Positions 22,783-35,230 of a DNA stretch of 64,000 nt are shown here, one piece after another. A program made the translations under genes and the position numbers. Location of the stretch: NCBI GenBank assembly GCA_002269645.1, contig NIVC01000084.1:62001-126000 (forward strand), given 5' to 3'. Each line of letters begins with the position of its first letter. The first letter of the stretch is position 1. Source of the stretch: Macrostomum lignano. Taxonomy: Eukaryota. The notes under the pieces are model-generated. The model was not told the origin of the DNA, searched no databases, and was given only the letters and a program-made list of their open reading frames with translations.

Positions 22783-25700
22783 CTAGTTGTAGCCGCTGTT
22801 GTCCGCGCCGCCAATTCGCGAGCCGTCTCCGTTGTCAAGGCCGCTGGAAAGTGTCAGAAGCCAATAAAAGTTTTTTATCAATTTTGAGTTGGTTCTTTCA
22901 GGGGCTCGCCATGGATTTTATGGTGGGGGGCAAAGCCAAGAACTCTACATGTAAATGACTATACATTATCGCTACATGTACATTATTTTGATAAGCGGTG
23001 CTGTTAGCACGCATTTTGGCGTCGCAGGCAGGCTCTCATTCTGGGGACCAACGGTGGCGATGCCCATGTGTGAAATAGTTAATAAAAAACCAAGGTCCTT
23101 GGAAATATAATTCCAATATGCATACGAGTAAATTTGGGTCGAACTTGATTGCATACGTCTACTCACGCGGCATTCTCGCGAGCCTCTCGATCGGCGATCA
23201 GCCGGTCAAGCTTCTCCTGGTAGCGCCGGCTGTCTGGCCAGTACTTCTCTACGGCTGGGCCCCACTCGGGCGCCTCAGCGGCGGCCTCCTGCATAGCCTT
23301 TTTGGCGCCGCGGATGCAGCTCTCGTAAATGGCGAAGCCCGGGATGAACATAGCAGTGCTGATCATCATGAGCCAGGCCAGGGCTTCGCCCCAGTCGGTG
23401 AAGGGCTCGTCAGCATAGCTTGAGCGGCCGTATTGAGTGAGTCCAAAGATCAGAATGAACTGCAGAGGGGGGTCGGAAATTCTTTTATTCAGGTCTATTT
23501 AGCCTATATTTAACTTTGGTTAAGGTAAATTCAATGTTACTAGTGACAAAGTGACAGGACAAGTGACTAGTATTAAGTTTTGAAAAAAAAATTTAGTAAA
23601 ATGCATTGATGACTAAAAATGCCTGGATTGCAATTGTCTGTCTTAAATTTCGGGATGCAATTTTGCTCCGTGAAGCCCCGTTTGCGGCGATTGACTACTG
23701 AATTTCATTTTTCAGAGCAATCCATGCTTTTTTCAGCCATGGTTTTTGTAAAAGTCTTTTACTTACACCCATCATAACAGGCGTGACAAACATCCAACAG
23801 CCGATCCAATACGGTCCGGGATAGAAGCCAAGCATCATCTTGATGTCGCGGACGAACTTCTTGATGCCGTAAACGTAGCAAACTCCAAGCAGTTCGGCAA
23901 ACGACACCAAGAACAAGTTGTAGTAGGCCGAGTAGTTGTTGAGCAGGGTGAACAGGTACATGCCGCCGGGACAGCAGATCGGAATGCCCAGGAGGAACAA
24001 GATTACGCACACAACCATTTTAAACAGCGCCTCACGCTTGAACGTCTTCTTTAGCCAGGGCCATTCGTCGGCGAGGGCGGTGAGCACAGTTTCCATCATT
24101 GCGAACTGCGAGTCGAGTCCCAGAGTCAAGATCATGATGAAGAATAGGATGCTCCACAGAGGAGCAACCGGCATGGCGGCGAGGCCCTCCGGGTAGGCAA
24201 TAAAAGCCAGGCCGGGACCTTGAGTTGCCACGTCGGCCACTGCCAGACCGGTCTTTTTGGCCATGAAACCGACCACCGAGAAGATGACAAACCCGGCGAA
24301 TACAGAGGTGCCGCAGTTGATCACGGCAACCACAAGGGCGTCTCTGTTAATATTGGACAAACGGTTTAGTTTTTTATTCTCACTAAAAACGAGTAGAAAA
24401 AACGATCTAATAAAGCCTACCTGTAGCAGTTGTTATGGAATCGATTGTAGCTGGCCATTGTCATCAGACCACCAAAAGCTACTCCCAATGAGTAGAAAAT
24501 CTGAACAGCAGCGTCTGACCAAACCTGTAGGATTAAAGGATTGAGAATTCGATTTTAGCACTGTCACATCAGCACAAAGCTAGCCATAGTATAGCTAGGT
24601 ATTCATATATTTAATTGTTTACCTTGGAGTCAGCGAGACGGTAAAAGTCCGGCTTCAGATAAAAGATAATACCGTCGAGAGCGCCTTCCAGAGTGGCGCC
24701 CCGAACCAGCAGAATGATCAAAACCACGTAGGGGAAGGTGGCTGTAAAATAGACGACCTGGAGATCGAGGACAGCGAAAGGTTGTACCGGATGTAATTTT
24801 TGGTGATTGCCAAATAGGAAACAAATAGTTTGTTACAAATAACAAACTTTTTGCTCCACTGTCTTTTTAATGATTTAACTCACTTTGCCCGAAGACTTGA
24901 TGCCCTTGACAAGGCAGACGTAGACAAGGATCCAGGCAAGCAGCAGGCACAGAGTCACGTGCCACTGCGGCACGCCGATAAACTCGGTCATCTTCCTGTC
25001 CACGCCGGTGTAGCTGGTGTAGCCCAGCACCACGCGACTAAAAGTATGCAGGATAGGAATTGCTATTGCCCAGTTTTCGATGTTAAATAATAGAATTGCT
25101 TTATGGTCACTCACTCAAAGTATTGTTCGCTCGGTGTTTGGTACTTGGTGCAGTTCACGGTTATCGTTGCGTTGCATGGCATAGGATTAGCTGAAATTCG
25201 GATGGATTAAAAAATATGAGATGAATATTAATACATGGAAATTTATCCCTAATTTACATGATGACGTCCCTGATATCATGGACGCATAATCAGTTCATTT
25301 GTATTTGAAAGCCAATGACAAAATCGCAACTTACGGTTGAATCCGGCCTTCAGGTTTCCAGCCACATTGTGAGTCGCATTGGTGGTGTTCTGCGTCAGGT
25401 CACGGCAGCGCAGATCATTCCATTCGTTGTCGCAGTTGCGCCAGGGCACGGCCGAGTTAAAGGAGGCGAATAGGTAGTACAGCGACCAGGCAATGATGAT
25501 GTTATAATAGATGCAGACCAGAGCCGAGATGGACACCATGGCCCAGCCAGTGCCTGGCAGGTTAGGTCGGTTTCACGGTTCACGGTAAATGATATTTTTT
25601 TATCGCAATTGTGAATTTCTAAGAATCTTTTTGAAAAAACACAGATGTTTGCGGGACGAGTTTCCAAACTGACACTACCATGCATAATAAAATGTACCCC

Positions 25701-26320
25701 ATCCCATACTCTCATGTAATGTGCCTATTATACTGTTCTAATCTAAGACAGAACTTTTTATAAATTGTGTTTTTCCAAGCCCCTGATCCAAGACTAACTT
25801 AGCATTAGCTACGAGAGAAGAGAACCCAGGTAACTTTTAATCAGGTGCAATTGCTGGCTACAATGTTAAGTCCGCATTTTTTCTCATTATTCATTCATAG
25901 TGCGCTACTAACAGTAGAGATATAAAAAATCTATTTTTAGATAATACAATAATAATAATAATAATATAGATGAAATAAAGTAAAATTGAATTAAATTAAA
26001 TTCTACTCACCCTTCAAGATAGGACTGGCCCGCCAGATAGTTACCGGCCCCAGATTGGCGAACTGTCCGAACGACAGCTCGAAATAGAACAGCGGCAATC
26101 CGGCCACAGCCAACATGATGACGTACGGGATGAGGAAGGCGCCGCCTCCGTTTGAGTAGCAGAGGTAGGGGAATCGCCACACGTTGCCAAGACCGACGGC
26201 AAATCCGATAGCAGAGAGGATGAAGTCGAACCGGCCGGTCCAGTTGCCGCGCTCCTTGTTCTCGTCACCGCCCTCTTCGCCAGGCATGCCCTCCATGTTA
26301 GTCGAGCCCATAGGCTGCAT
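22783..26320 (-). CDS. SLC6 Na+/Cl- dependent amino-acid transporter (glycine/proline-transporter-like, ~642 aa, 9 exons)
   Basis: Exons: 26320-26011, 25553-25335, 25190-25115, 25037-24884, 24757-24623, 24524-24421, 24343-23767, 23459-23167, 22843-22783. All are phase-consistent. Motifs: [29 protein letters not shown] (Gly rather than the monoamine-transporter Asp in TM1), [31 protein letters not shown]. The start Met is uncertain. Confidence 0.92.
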
Positions 26321-27074
26321 ATCCAGGCCGCTGCCGCCTTGGAACTCTTGCTGGAATTCGAGTTTCACCACGGATTTGTAGTTATCGTGGCAGAATTGCC
26401 TTTCAAGTCTGAGAAAAACTTTGTAGCAAAAGTCGCTAGACAAATTCATGTCGTAGTTTCTTAGAATCAAACGTACTAGTAGAACGACAGTAGATTTGAT
26501 ATAGATGATTCTTGCAATGTTTTTGTTAATCTATTACAAGCCCAAAATAATAATTTGGCTACACTCGGATTTCTTATTCCTACAAGCAAAGAACAAGCAA
26601 ACCGATAAAGGCATACGTAACTGCATTTATTTTTTGACATATGAGCGTACAGCCTCGTCTACGAGTTTACCGATATTACCTTACAGAGATAAACAGAGAA
26701 AACATCCGTAAACTTCAGTTCAGTTCTAACTTACCACCTTGCTCATTGTTCAGCTAAGTTTTTGAGATGTATTGACGACTGCTTGAAATGGCACTGTCGA
26801 TTGCAGACGAAATTGAGAAGCCAGTGTATGATTTTTGTTATAAACGCTACTAGACGAAAGCTACCGCAAGAGAAAGGCGGAGAGCGGTGGCAAACAAAAA
26901 GCGCTCTCTTATAAAAACAGCCAGCAGTTGGGGCTCGCCCTGGGTGGGGTGGAAGCGTGGGGGGTTGTTGGTTTATGCAGTTGGGCGAGACAACGCGATG
27001 GCCCTGTTGCGACTTCGTCATGGGTGAGGCAGTCACAGTCCATCTTTTTTTCGTCGTGCACGTGATTGCGTTTT

Positions 27075-27080
<6 letters not shown>

Positions 27081-27142
<62 letters not shown>
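27081..27142. repeat. (GA)31 microsatellite upstream of the SLC6 gene
   Basis: Directly visible. Confidence 0.95.
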
Positions 27143-27145
<3 letters not shown>

Positions 27146-29310
27146 GAGTAACCGCGGTGAAAAACGAAACCCACTGCTTGAAGACGGGCCCATTTCCTAT
27201 TGTCTATCAGAGCCCCTGCACCTCTCTCCGTGGGTGCAAGCCATTGTGCTCAGACCGATGAATCTTAGAATCGACCACTCTTGCAGCTTATTGAGAGGGT
27301 AATATGGTCTTCTCAGGGTTTTCTACATGGATTCATAAGTGAAGCGTTGCGACCCCTCGGTCCCCTCACTTTATTCTAGTCAGCTCAGTAATAAGCTTGG
27401 CTAGATCTGCAGAACAGCGTGCAAGTTTTGTGCAAAAACGTCCTTTAACGCCCACTTACTGGGGCAGAGAGGGGCTGGAGGCAACCGAGTTATCAATCCT
27501 GCACTGGGCTACCCCTAACCCCTGCGGTGCTTTTTGGTATCACGCCAGCTGAGGATGACAAGCAGCTCTCCCTACCTAGCCTTTTCGGCTGACGCAGTGC
27601 AAGCTACTCAAATATGCATTCTTGAGCATGAGAAGCTCAGCGTTATAAACACAATGACTATGAGGCTTCGCTTGCCTATGCTCCAGCTAGAGCTCTTTCA
27701 TATGTTTTCCCGCTGTCCTGGGTATGTCAAGTCGCCATATGAAAAAAAATAAAACTATACTATGCAGCCATAAAACTCGATGTAAGACACAAGAAGCAGC
27801 TCCTAGTTTTTCTATCCTAGTTTATATCCAGCCTCGCTTTCATTGTTTTTAAGAGTGCAGCACACTGCGTGGAAATAAACTGAGTCTTCCCTGCAGCGTG
27901 GAAAATTCCATTTGGACTCGTATCTGCCCGAACCCTCCACAGACTGTCAAGATTTTAAATGGAGTTTCAGTCTCCAGTTTCTATTCCATTAGCTAATCTA
28001 TTTTTGAGCTTGGGCGTTTGGTGAGAAATATTTTTTTGCTGTTTGGGCTATTTTTCTCTTGTTTTTTTTCCTGTGTGTATAGATGGCATAGAATAATACC
28101 ACTGAGAAGGGGCGAGTCTAGTCAGCCAAGATGTTTTAGTGTTCAAGCGCGTTCATTTTGATCTGAAATGTTTCCAACGAATGCGCGGTTAGCCAAGGTT
28201 CTGAATTTTCAGGGAGGGACTCGTTCATCCGACCTATTTCAACTTAACCCTAGGGCGTCTAAATTAAAGACCCACTGAGGGGCGATGGAACGGTAGAAGA
28301 TTCGAAGGGCATTGACGAGAAATTTACAGGTCATGGGTTGTGAGGGTCAATATGATAGCCTGTGGATGTCCTATCTGCCAAACCCCCCCCCGTATTCTGT
28401 CGAGAATGGGCTCAGCCATTAATTCATCAATTCGTTCGTTATGTCGAAGCAGAACCATTAGAGTAGGACAAAAATCGCTGCCTGCCAGTCAAAAGCCCAT
28501 GGTCGCAAGTGAGTCTTACATTTTCAACTATTTACGAACTCATATCAGGCTATAATCAATTGAGTACTAGTGATAAAATGTTGCTCGATTCCCCGTCTTC
28601 ATTACTGTTAGTACTACAGCTGGAAAATTCATCGCTGTTTCATGGATTTTCAGTCGATTACTGTATTATAAATACATTGTGTCGAGATCTTCTAGCAACC
28701 AAATTTTCAATTGCTCTCAATCTTGGCATGATTATTTTTTAGAATCACACGGAATCTCTGACGAACAACTCAATAGAAATATTCAACTACGAGTATATTC
28801 AGCATTAAATGCAAGACTATAGGAGTTCTAGAAATTTTTCTATACCGCTCCCACTCCTCCCGAGGAGAGAAGCGAAATGAAGCGACTCACGCATCCTGGT
28901 CTTCCGCTTTGCGCGCCTGCAACAAGAAAAAGCATTGATCAATACCAACTGTATTTGCTTCATCACCTGTTCCCTCACCCGAGGATTGTGTTGTCTTAAA
29001 ACCCCCTCCTTGCTCTTTGCTGTGACAAAAGGAAATAAAATAATCGATCATTCTTGGTTAAAGAGTACTAACAAATTTAGAATCTGGATTTCTAAAGGAT
29101 GAGCTCCTCCTTGAATCTGGTACATTGCTGAGATGTCACGGCTGTGTTCCTGAAATGCTGTGGCTCATTGGGGTTGCTCAGATGCTGTGAGCCAAAGCTC
29201 AGAGGGGATGCTGATATCATATCTTTTTCGTTAAATAACTAACAATAGTTTCTTTTAGTTTCAATAGTTTCAATAGGCTAAATATAAAACAGTCCTGCAG
29301 AGACGGCTGC

Positions 29311-29933
29311 GGGTCTATGAATTTTGCTTGCCGAACTTTGCTTGCCGAACTTTGCTTGCCGAACTTTGCTTGCCGAACTTTGCTTGCCGAGCTTTGCTTG
29401 CTGAACTTTGCTTGCTGAACTTTGCTTGCAGAAATTTTGCTTGCCGAGGTTTGCCAGCCAAAGTTTTCTTGTGGAACTTAAAAAAACCTATTTTTGGGCT
29501 CTTGTGTGTATTGCTAATTTTCATTTTCTAAGATTCGTGGAAGTCGCCTATAGTGTTATGATTTTGTATGAGTATATGGCGGAGTTGAAAAGCCCTAACG
29601 CGGAAATGGAATAATTTAGTTTTTTTACTGTGAATATATTTTCAACAAAAAAAATTGAACAATACACATATCGAATAATTTAGGCAGAAAACTGTACAGA
29701 ATATATATTTTTGCAAATGAATGTACCACCGATCTGTGAATTGCTACATATCATGACTCGTTAGGATACCCAACGCTCGGATACCCAAAGTTCGGCAAGC
29801 AATTAATTCCTGCAAGCAAATTTCCTGCAAGCAAAGTTTGGCAAGCAAAATTCCACAAGCAAAGCTCGACAAGCAAAGTTCGGCAAGCAAAATTCCTGCA
29901 AGCAAACTTCCCGCAAGCAAACGTCGTACTCCC
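29311..29933. mobile_element. Non-autonomous foldback DNA transposon (MULE-like), 9-bp TSD
   Basis: TSD GACGGCTGC at 29302-29310 and 29934-29942. Termini GGGTCTATGA / CGTCGTACTCCC. Inverted 15-bp arrays (TTTGCTTGCCGAACT) at both ends. Confidence 0.85.
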
Positions 29934-30219
29934 GACGGCTGCATGACTGCAAAAATATGAAACTGTGGTCAAGGTAGCTTGCAGTCAATGCCAGATTCTA
30001 TCGCTAAATCTTAGCTTTCCTTGACTTGGCGCAATTTCCTGTGTCTTCTATACAACAGAGACAATGAAACTACATGGATTCGAAAAAGGAAGTGAAAATA
30101 CAATAACAGTACGGGAAGAAACTTTTCCCTTAGCAACCATGTCTTTAGTCTGACTGGCATAAATGAAAGGGAGAAGCAATAGTTTGAGCTCCGCTTTTCT
30201 GAGGCTTTCTGTCTTAGTG

Positions 30220-30975
30220 ATGGCTTCTGCAATTTCATCTGTTTGGCTTGTGGCATTGATATTCTGCCAGATTTTACCATCACTACTGGCTGAGACCGAC
30301 TGTCCGAGTCCCTACAAGCTGGAGTCTGGTAAATGCATTTTTGTGAGCACACCTCAAAGCCAAAACTGGTGCGAAGCAAATCGCAAGTGCAACGCGATTG
30401 GGGGCGAGCTCATTAACTCGTACGACACGCTGCAGCTGCTACCTAGCATGCCAAGTACCGATTGCGGTTGCAGGCTTTGGCTTGGAATTACTGACTTGGC
30501 TGATTGGCGAGGACCGGGCAATCAGGCTGGTTGGCAGCGCATCAATGATTACGGTGAAGTGCCTTCGGACAGTTCGCTGTGGAAATCTTCAAGTGAACCG
30601 AACAATGCTGATCATCACTGCCTCATAAGTTCGTCAGTCAAACTGGCTGACAATGATTGCCTAAGTACGAAGGGATACGCCTGCGAATTTGTGCAAAAAA
30701 CCACCGCCGCCGACTCCAAGACCGCCAAAACGGCCACTTGGAAGCGAACTCCGTTCAAGCGTAAGAACTACAATCCCAGTACACTGTACTGTTTCACCGA
30801 TCTGCATCAGATATCCCGACTCAAATGTGTAGCAAACGCTATGAAATCAGGTAACTGCCGACACGTGCTGTACAACAGCAAGCTGAAAATTTGCCGCCTG
30901 CTGCTGTTCACCGACACTCAGGTCGAGGAGGAGATCGAGACGAGCGCCAACTGGGTCAAGTTTAGCGTGTACTGA
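30220..30975 (+). CDS. Secreted C-type lectin domain + PAN/apple-like domain protein (single exon)
   Basis: Signal peptide MASAISSVWLVALIFCQILPSLLA. CTLD: CPSPY..C..W.EA..KC..IGGEL, LWLG, EPNN, C, C. C-terminal SRLKC...C...LYN....CRL. The ORF is open from 30163. Confidence 0.8.
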   Translation: MASAISSVWLVALIFCQILPSLLAETDCPSPYKLESGKCIFVSTPQSQNWCEANRKCNAIGGELINSYDTLQLLPSMPSTDCGCRLWLGITDLADWRGPGNQAGWQRINDYGEVPSDSSLWKSSSEPNNADHHCLISSSVKLADNDCLSTKGYACEFVQKTTAADSKTAKTATWKRTPFKRKNYNPSTLYCFTDLHQISRLKCVANAMKSGNCRHVLYNSKLKICRLLLFTDTQVEEEIETSANWVKFSVY

Positions 30976-32954
30976 CTTTTTAGTTTTTAAACAAAACAAA
31001 GTAACTAAGATTTTTTTGACTGGAAGTTGACATGTCAGTACTATAAGAAGAGGTTTTTTAGATGATACGTTTCAATAAGTTGCGCCTTTTGATGATTTCA
31101 TGCATGAATTGAGGGTGATTCTGTGGATGATGCTGTGAAGCCAGTAATCCTAACTTACTATCATTATTGTTCTAAATCTGTTAAGGCTTCTTAAAATCTA
31201 TATATGAAGTTGGTATTTAATGAAAGAAATTCAGCTGTGTTATAACTTTTCCTTAAATTTTGTTGATATCTGCTTAATAAAAGATATTTTAGCTACATGT
31301 ATCCCGTTATTTATCCAGCGAAACCTTTTTTATCGTTTTTTAGTTTGTCGTAAAATTTCTATCATGTTGTTTTCCTTATAATTTAGTTTTTTTCGTCGTA
31401 AAAATATTTATCCAGATATTTAATCCGCTGCACGTGCATTGTATATTAAATCTTCGTCCATTTTATTTTGGATCTATCGCGTTCCTTTTCTTCTATTTTG
31501 TTTCTCGTATATTCAACTCAGTAAAATACAAGCGTATGTACTACTACTATATGGTCTACCTTATGCCTAATATTCTATAATGACTAAATATATAGCCGTT
31601 TCGGAATCAAGACTATCTGCAATTTCTAATATTTGCTTCAATTTGATTCTTTATTATCTTCTTTTATTATACATGCACATGTACCCATTCAAATTGAACA
31701 GGCTAAGGCCGGTTCCGGCTGACAAATAAGCGCTTTACACGTTCATGTACATGTAATGTGTATATCGATAAGGATAAAGACGTACGTTGATCATGTCATA
31801 CATCGACTCGAACTTTGACGGTGCAAATGTAAAAATAATATTTGTCAGCGTCGTCGATATAGATAGATGTCCAAGAAACGTTGGTCGACGTCACCGACGT
31901 TCTAAAATTGATGTACGGGATGTACATGTACAAGAGAGATTATTACTGTACAGCGAGCTTTCTTGTAAATTTCGAAAAAAGATGGCTAACGCATAAAATA
32001 AGAATAAATTGACAGAATTGCTAATCCTTATAGCTAAATCCCTTGAATTTCTAATTATGTATTAACAACGACTTTAATTTGTGTACTGTACATTAAGTAC
32101 ATATTTTATTTATATGTACATTATATGTGTAATTTCCTACAGGAATTTTCAAAACAAAGTTGCTGAGATAAGAAATTATAATGTTTATTTTCTACGTACA
32201 TGTACCGTCCGAATTGTGAGCTACATGCATACCGTATATGTATCTGTTGCACACATGCAAATTTAGATGCATATATGTCATGTGTATATGCGTCACAACA
32301 AAAACAACAACAAAGACAACGGCCGAAAAGATCGTTAAAAATAATTGTAAGGCATCGGGTAATAAGCGTGCCACATGCACGTACATATTATATCACGAAC
32401 GAGGGGGACGAAGTTGCGGTCTATATACATCGTAGGGCACGCCGATTTAGCATAGTTTTTTACAGGAAGCTGATTAAATGCTAACGCATCTATTCGAATA
32501 TGAAATGCCTGTTTCTGTTCGTTTGATTTGCTCTAATGTAACGTACCCTAGCTCGTACATGTATACGTATACATGAATTAAAATAAGAAAGTTACAACAG
32601 GGCCGGAACGAGAAAAGGGAGAACTGATCAGAAGAGCTAGGGCACTGGGCCCGCAAAGAGCACCGAAAAGGAAAATAGGGCGAAAAATGGCGCCAAATGC
32701 GCGCCAAAACAGAACGGAAAACACAATGTGGAGACGCCCGGCCACAACACAACTAAGCTGATTGATACGTACTGTGCCAGCATTTTCGTAAAATATTTTT
32801 GTGTTTTATGATTACTATTTTTCACTCTTATTTATATAAAACCTTGACTTTTTATGCTAAAACGTTTTGTCTCAAATTCGAGTTACTCTAATTTTTTGTT
32901 AAAACACGACTTGTTTGTAAAGTGTCAGATTTAAAACTCTGAGCTTACTTAATT

Positions 32955-33231
32955 TAAATTTTATAGATCCGGTCCGGTCATCATCATCTACTACAATAAA
33001 ATATATCCCAGCTAGCTAAAAACGCACAGGAGGACCACAAGCACCGTGGCGTAAACTGCTTAAACCGCTTGCTATTAATGGATCACTGTTGCAATTACAG
33101 GGCCCTAGCTAACATGGCATTCCTTCGGTTTACGATCATTGAAATTAGTGACGATCCCCATTGGAGAGATAGGGAAGATACAAAATTGTTGTTTATTTCA
33201 TCAAAATGCAAAAAACAGTGTAGACAAGCAC
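32955..33231. repeat. ~275-bp near-identical direct repeat, copy 1 (copy 2 at ~34955-35230)
   Basis: TTTATAGATCCGGTCCGGTCATCATC...TAGACAAGCACT recurs with only a few substitutions. Confidence 0.9.
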
Positions 33232-33792
33232 TCCAATCCTTTTTATTTATCCATCATAACACTAGCTGCATGTTCAAATGAAAAAAGAAGGTAAAGGGGT
33301 TATAGTGATCCATTTCACAGTTCCAAGAATCCAGAGATTATCCTATATATCCACTTCAGTTTACGATCATTTAAATGGAAGAGATACATGCTTCGGTACA
33401 CGATCATTTAAATGGAAGAAATATATGTAAATGATCGTGAACCGAAGCTAGCCGTATTGAGATAGTGATCGATTTCAGATAGAGCTTGTATTGTAAAACA
33501 CCAAAACCCCCTTACACACATACACTAGCTTCGGTTCACGATCATTTACATGTATTGCTTCCGTTTAAATGATCGTAAACCAAAGTGGATATATAGGATC
33601 CTCGTCAGCCTCATGTTATGAAAGAAACCATTTGTCGGCTATTCCATTCAGTTTTTTTTTAATGTAACAAATAAGCTCAGTTTAACAATTTTTGTTTATT
33701 TCAAGCAAGCTATGATCATTTATATGAAAAATTACATGGGGATCGTGAACCAAAATATGGGTGGAAAAATGATTGTAAACCAAAGGAATGCC
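33116..33792. mobile_element. MITE with ~25-bp TIRs and 8-bp TSD (superfamily uncertain)
   Basis: TIR GGCATTCCTTCGGTTTACGATCATT / AATGATTGTAAACCAAAGGAATGCC. TSD GCTAACAT at 33108-33115 and 33793-33800. Internal copies of TTCGGTTCACGATCATTTA. Confidence 0.85.
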
Positions 33793-34954
33793 GCTAACAT
33801 ATGCTATGCCATGCTAGCTAAGTTAAAACTAAAAGTTTTGTTACAACAAATTTTCTTTTAAGTTGGTTATATGATTAAGATATATATTATTTAGTATACT
33901 GTGATAGGTCCTACTCCTACTTGGCTACTCCTACATCACTATGTCTAGTATAGTAGGCCTATGCTACACTCTGGAAGCTGTGTGGAAGGTTGTTACTGGT
34001 ACTGACGTGTGTACCATGGTATACTGTATATAGTTGAGAAACTGAAACAGTTTAAAAGTTTAGCTAGGCCTAACTACATGGAAAACTATAGGCCTATTAC
34101 TTGCATCTTTCTAGTTTTACTGTCTATGCTTTTTTCAACTTGTGTAATGGACCCTTTTTGGCATATAATTTGGTTAATTGTTTTGCTTTTTTGGCAATAG
34201 GCCCTAATATTAATGGTAAAAAATTAATACTTTAATAATGATACTTTATGTGACAGGCCTTTTGGCTCTGTCTTTCGAAACTCCTAACTAGTGATGCTAG
34301 TGTTTATTAAATATTCTACGAGCTGCCACCAAAGTTGTCAAAGGGCTTACTTCTGTCCTCCAATTTATCTTACTAATTGTTACCAAAGTTGTTACAGGTT
34401 TATAATTTCCACTATTAAATTTCTACTGCTGACACTAAATCTTGCCTTAATGTTTCTAACTGTTTCTTAGAATTTCATTCAAATATTTCTAGGTAGTGTT
34501 CTTAGTAGTTTTTCTGGTAGCGTTCTGGTAGCTTATGGCCTGAGCAGTCTAGTACTAGAACATGTATTAGTAGATAGTCCTAATCAGGCATTCACCGAGA
34601 CTAGAGGGTCATGGCACCTCTCTTAGTATATCTCTAAGAATTAGTCCCAATTCCCTCTTTTAGCAATTTTCTTAGAATTGTTTCTTAGGTTTTGTAAATG
34701 AATAAGTTGCTATTAAACTCAAAAGACTTTGAAATGTGTAGATTGAACTGCTATTTTGCTCACAATATTTGCTCACAAGTATCACAGTTGGTTATATTTG
34801 CTGCAAAATCGCTCCTAAATATAGTGGTTCCCCTATAGGATTAAAACAAAAAATAATTCCCTAATTTACTTCGTGCAGTAAAACAAAATATTTGGTATGG
34901 TAAAACAAATACATTTGATGCATTAAAACAAAATATTTATCTAGTATTTCGCAC

Positions 34955-35230
34955 AAGTTTATAGATCTGGTCCGGTCATCATCATCTACTACAATAAAAT
35001 ATATCCCAGCTAGCTAAAAACGCACAGGAGGACCACAAGCACCGTGGCGTAAACTGCTTAAACCGCTTGCTATTAATGGATCACTGTTGCAATTACAGGG
35101 CCCTAGCTAACATGGCATTCCTTCGGTTTACGATCATTGAAATTAGTGATGATCCCCATTGAAAAGATAGGGAAGATACAAAATTGTTGTTTATTTCATC
35201 AAAATGCAAAAAACAGTGTAGACAAGCACT
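34955..35230. repeat. Direct repeat copy 2 (flank plus left end of the 33116 MITE)
   Basis: Near-identical to 32955-33231. Confidence 0.9.

Noticed and set aside
22899-23070. hAT-like MITE in the last SLC6 intron (CAGGGGCTCGCCA / TGGCGATGCCCATG)
   Set aside because: The TIR match is loose and there is no TSD.
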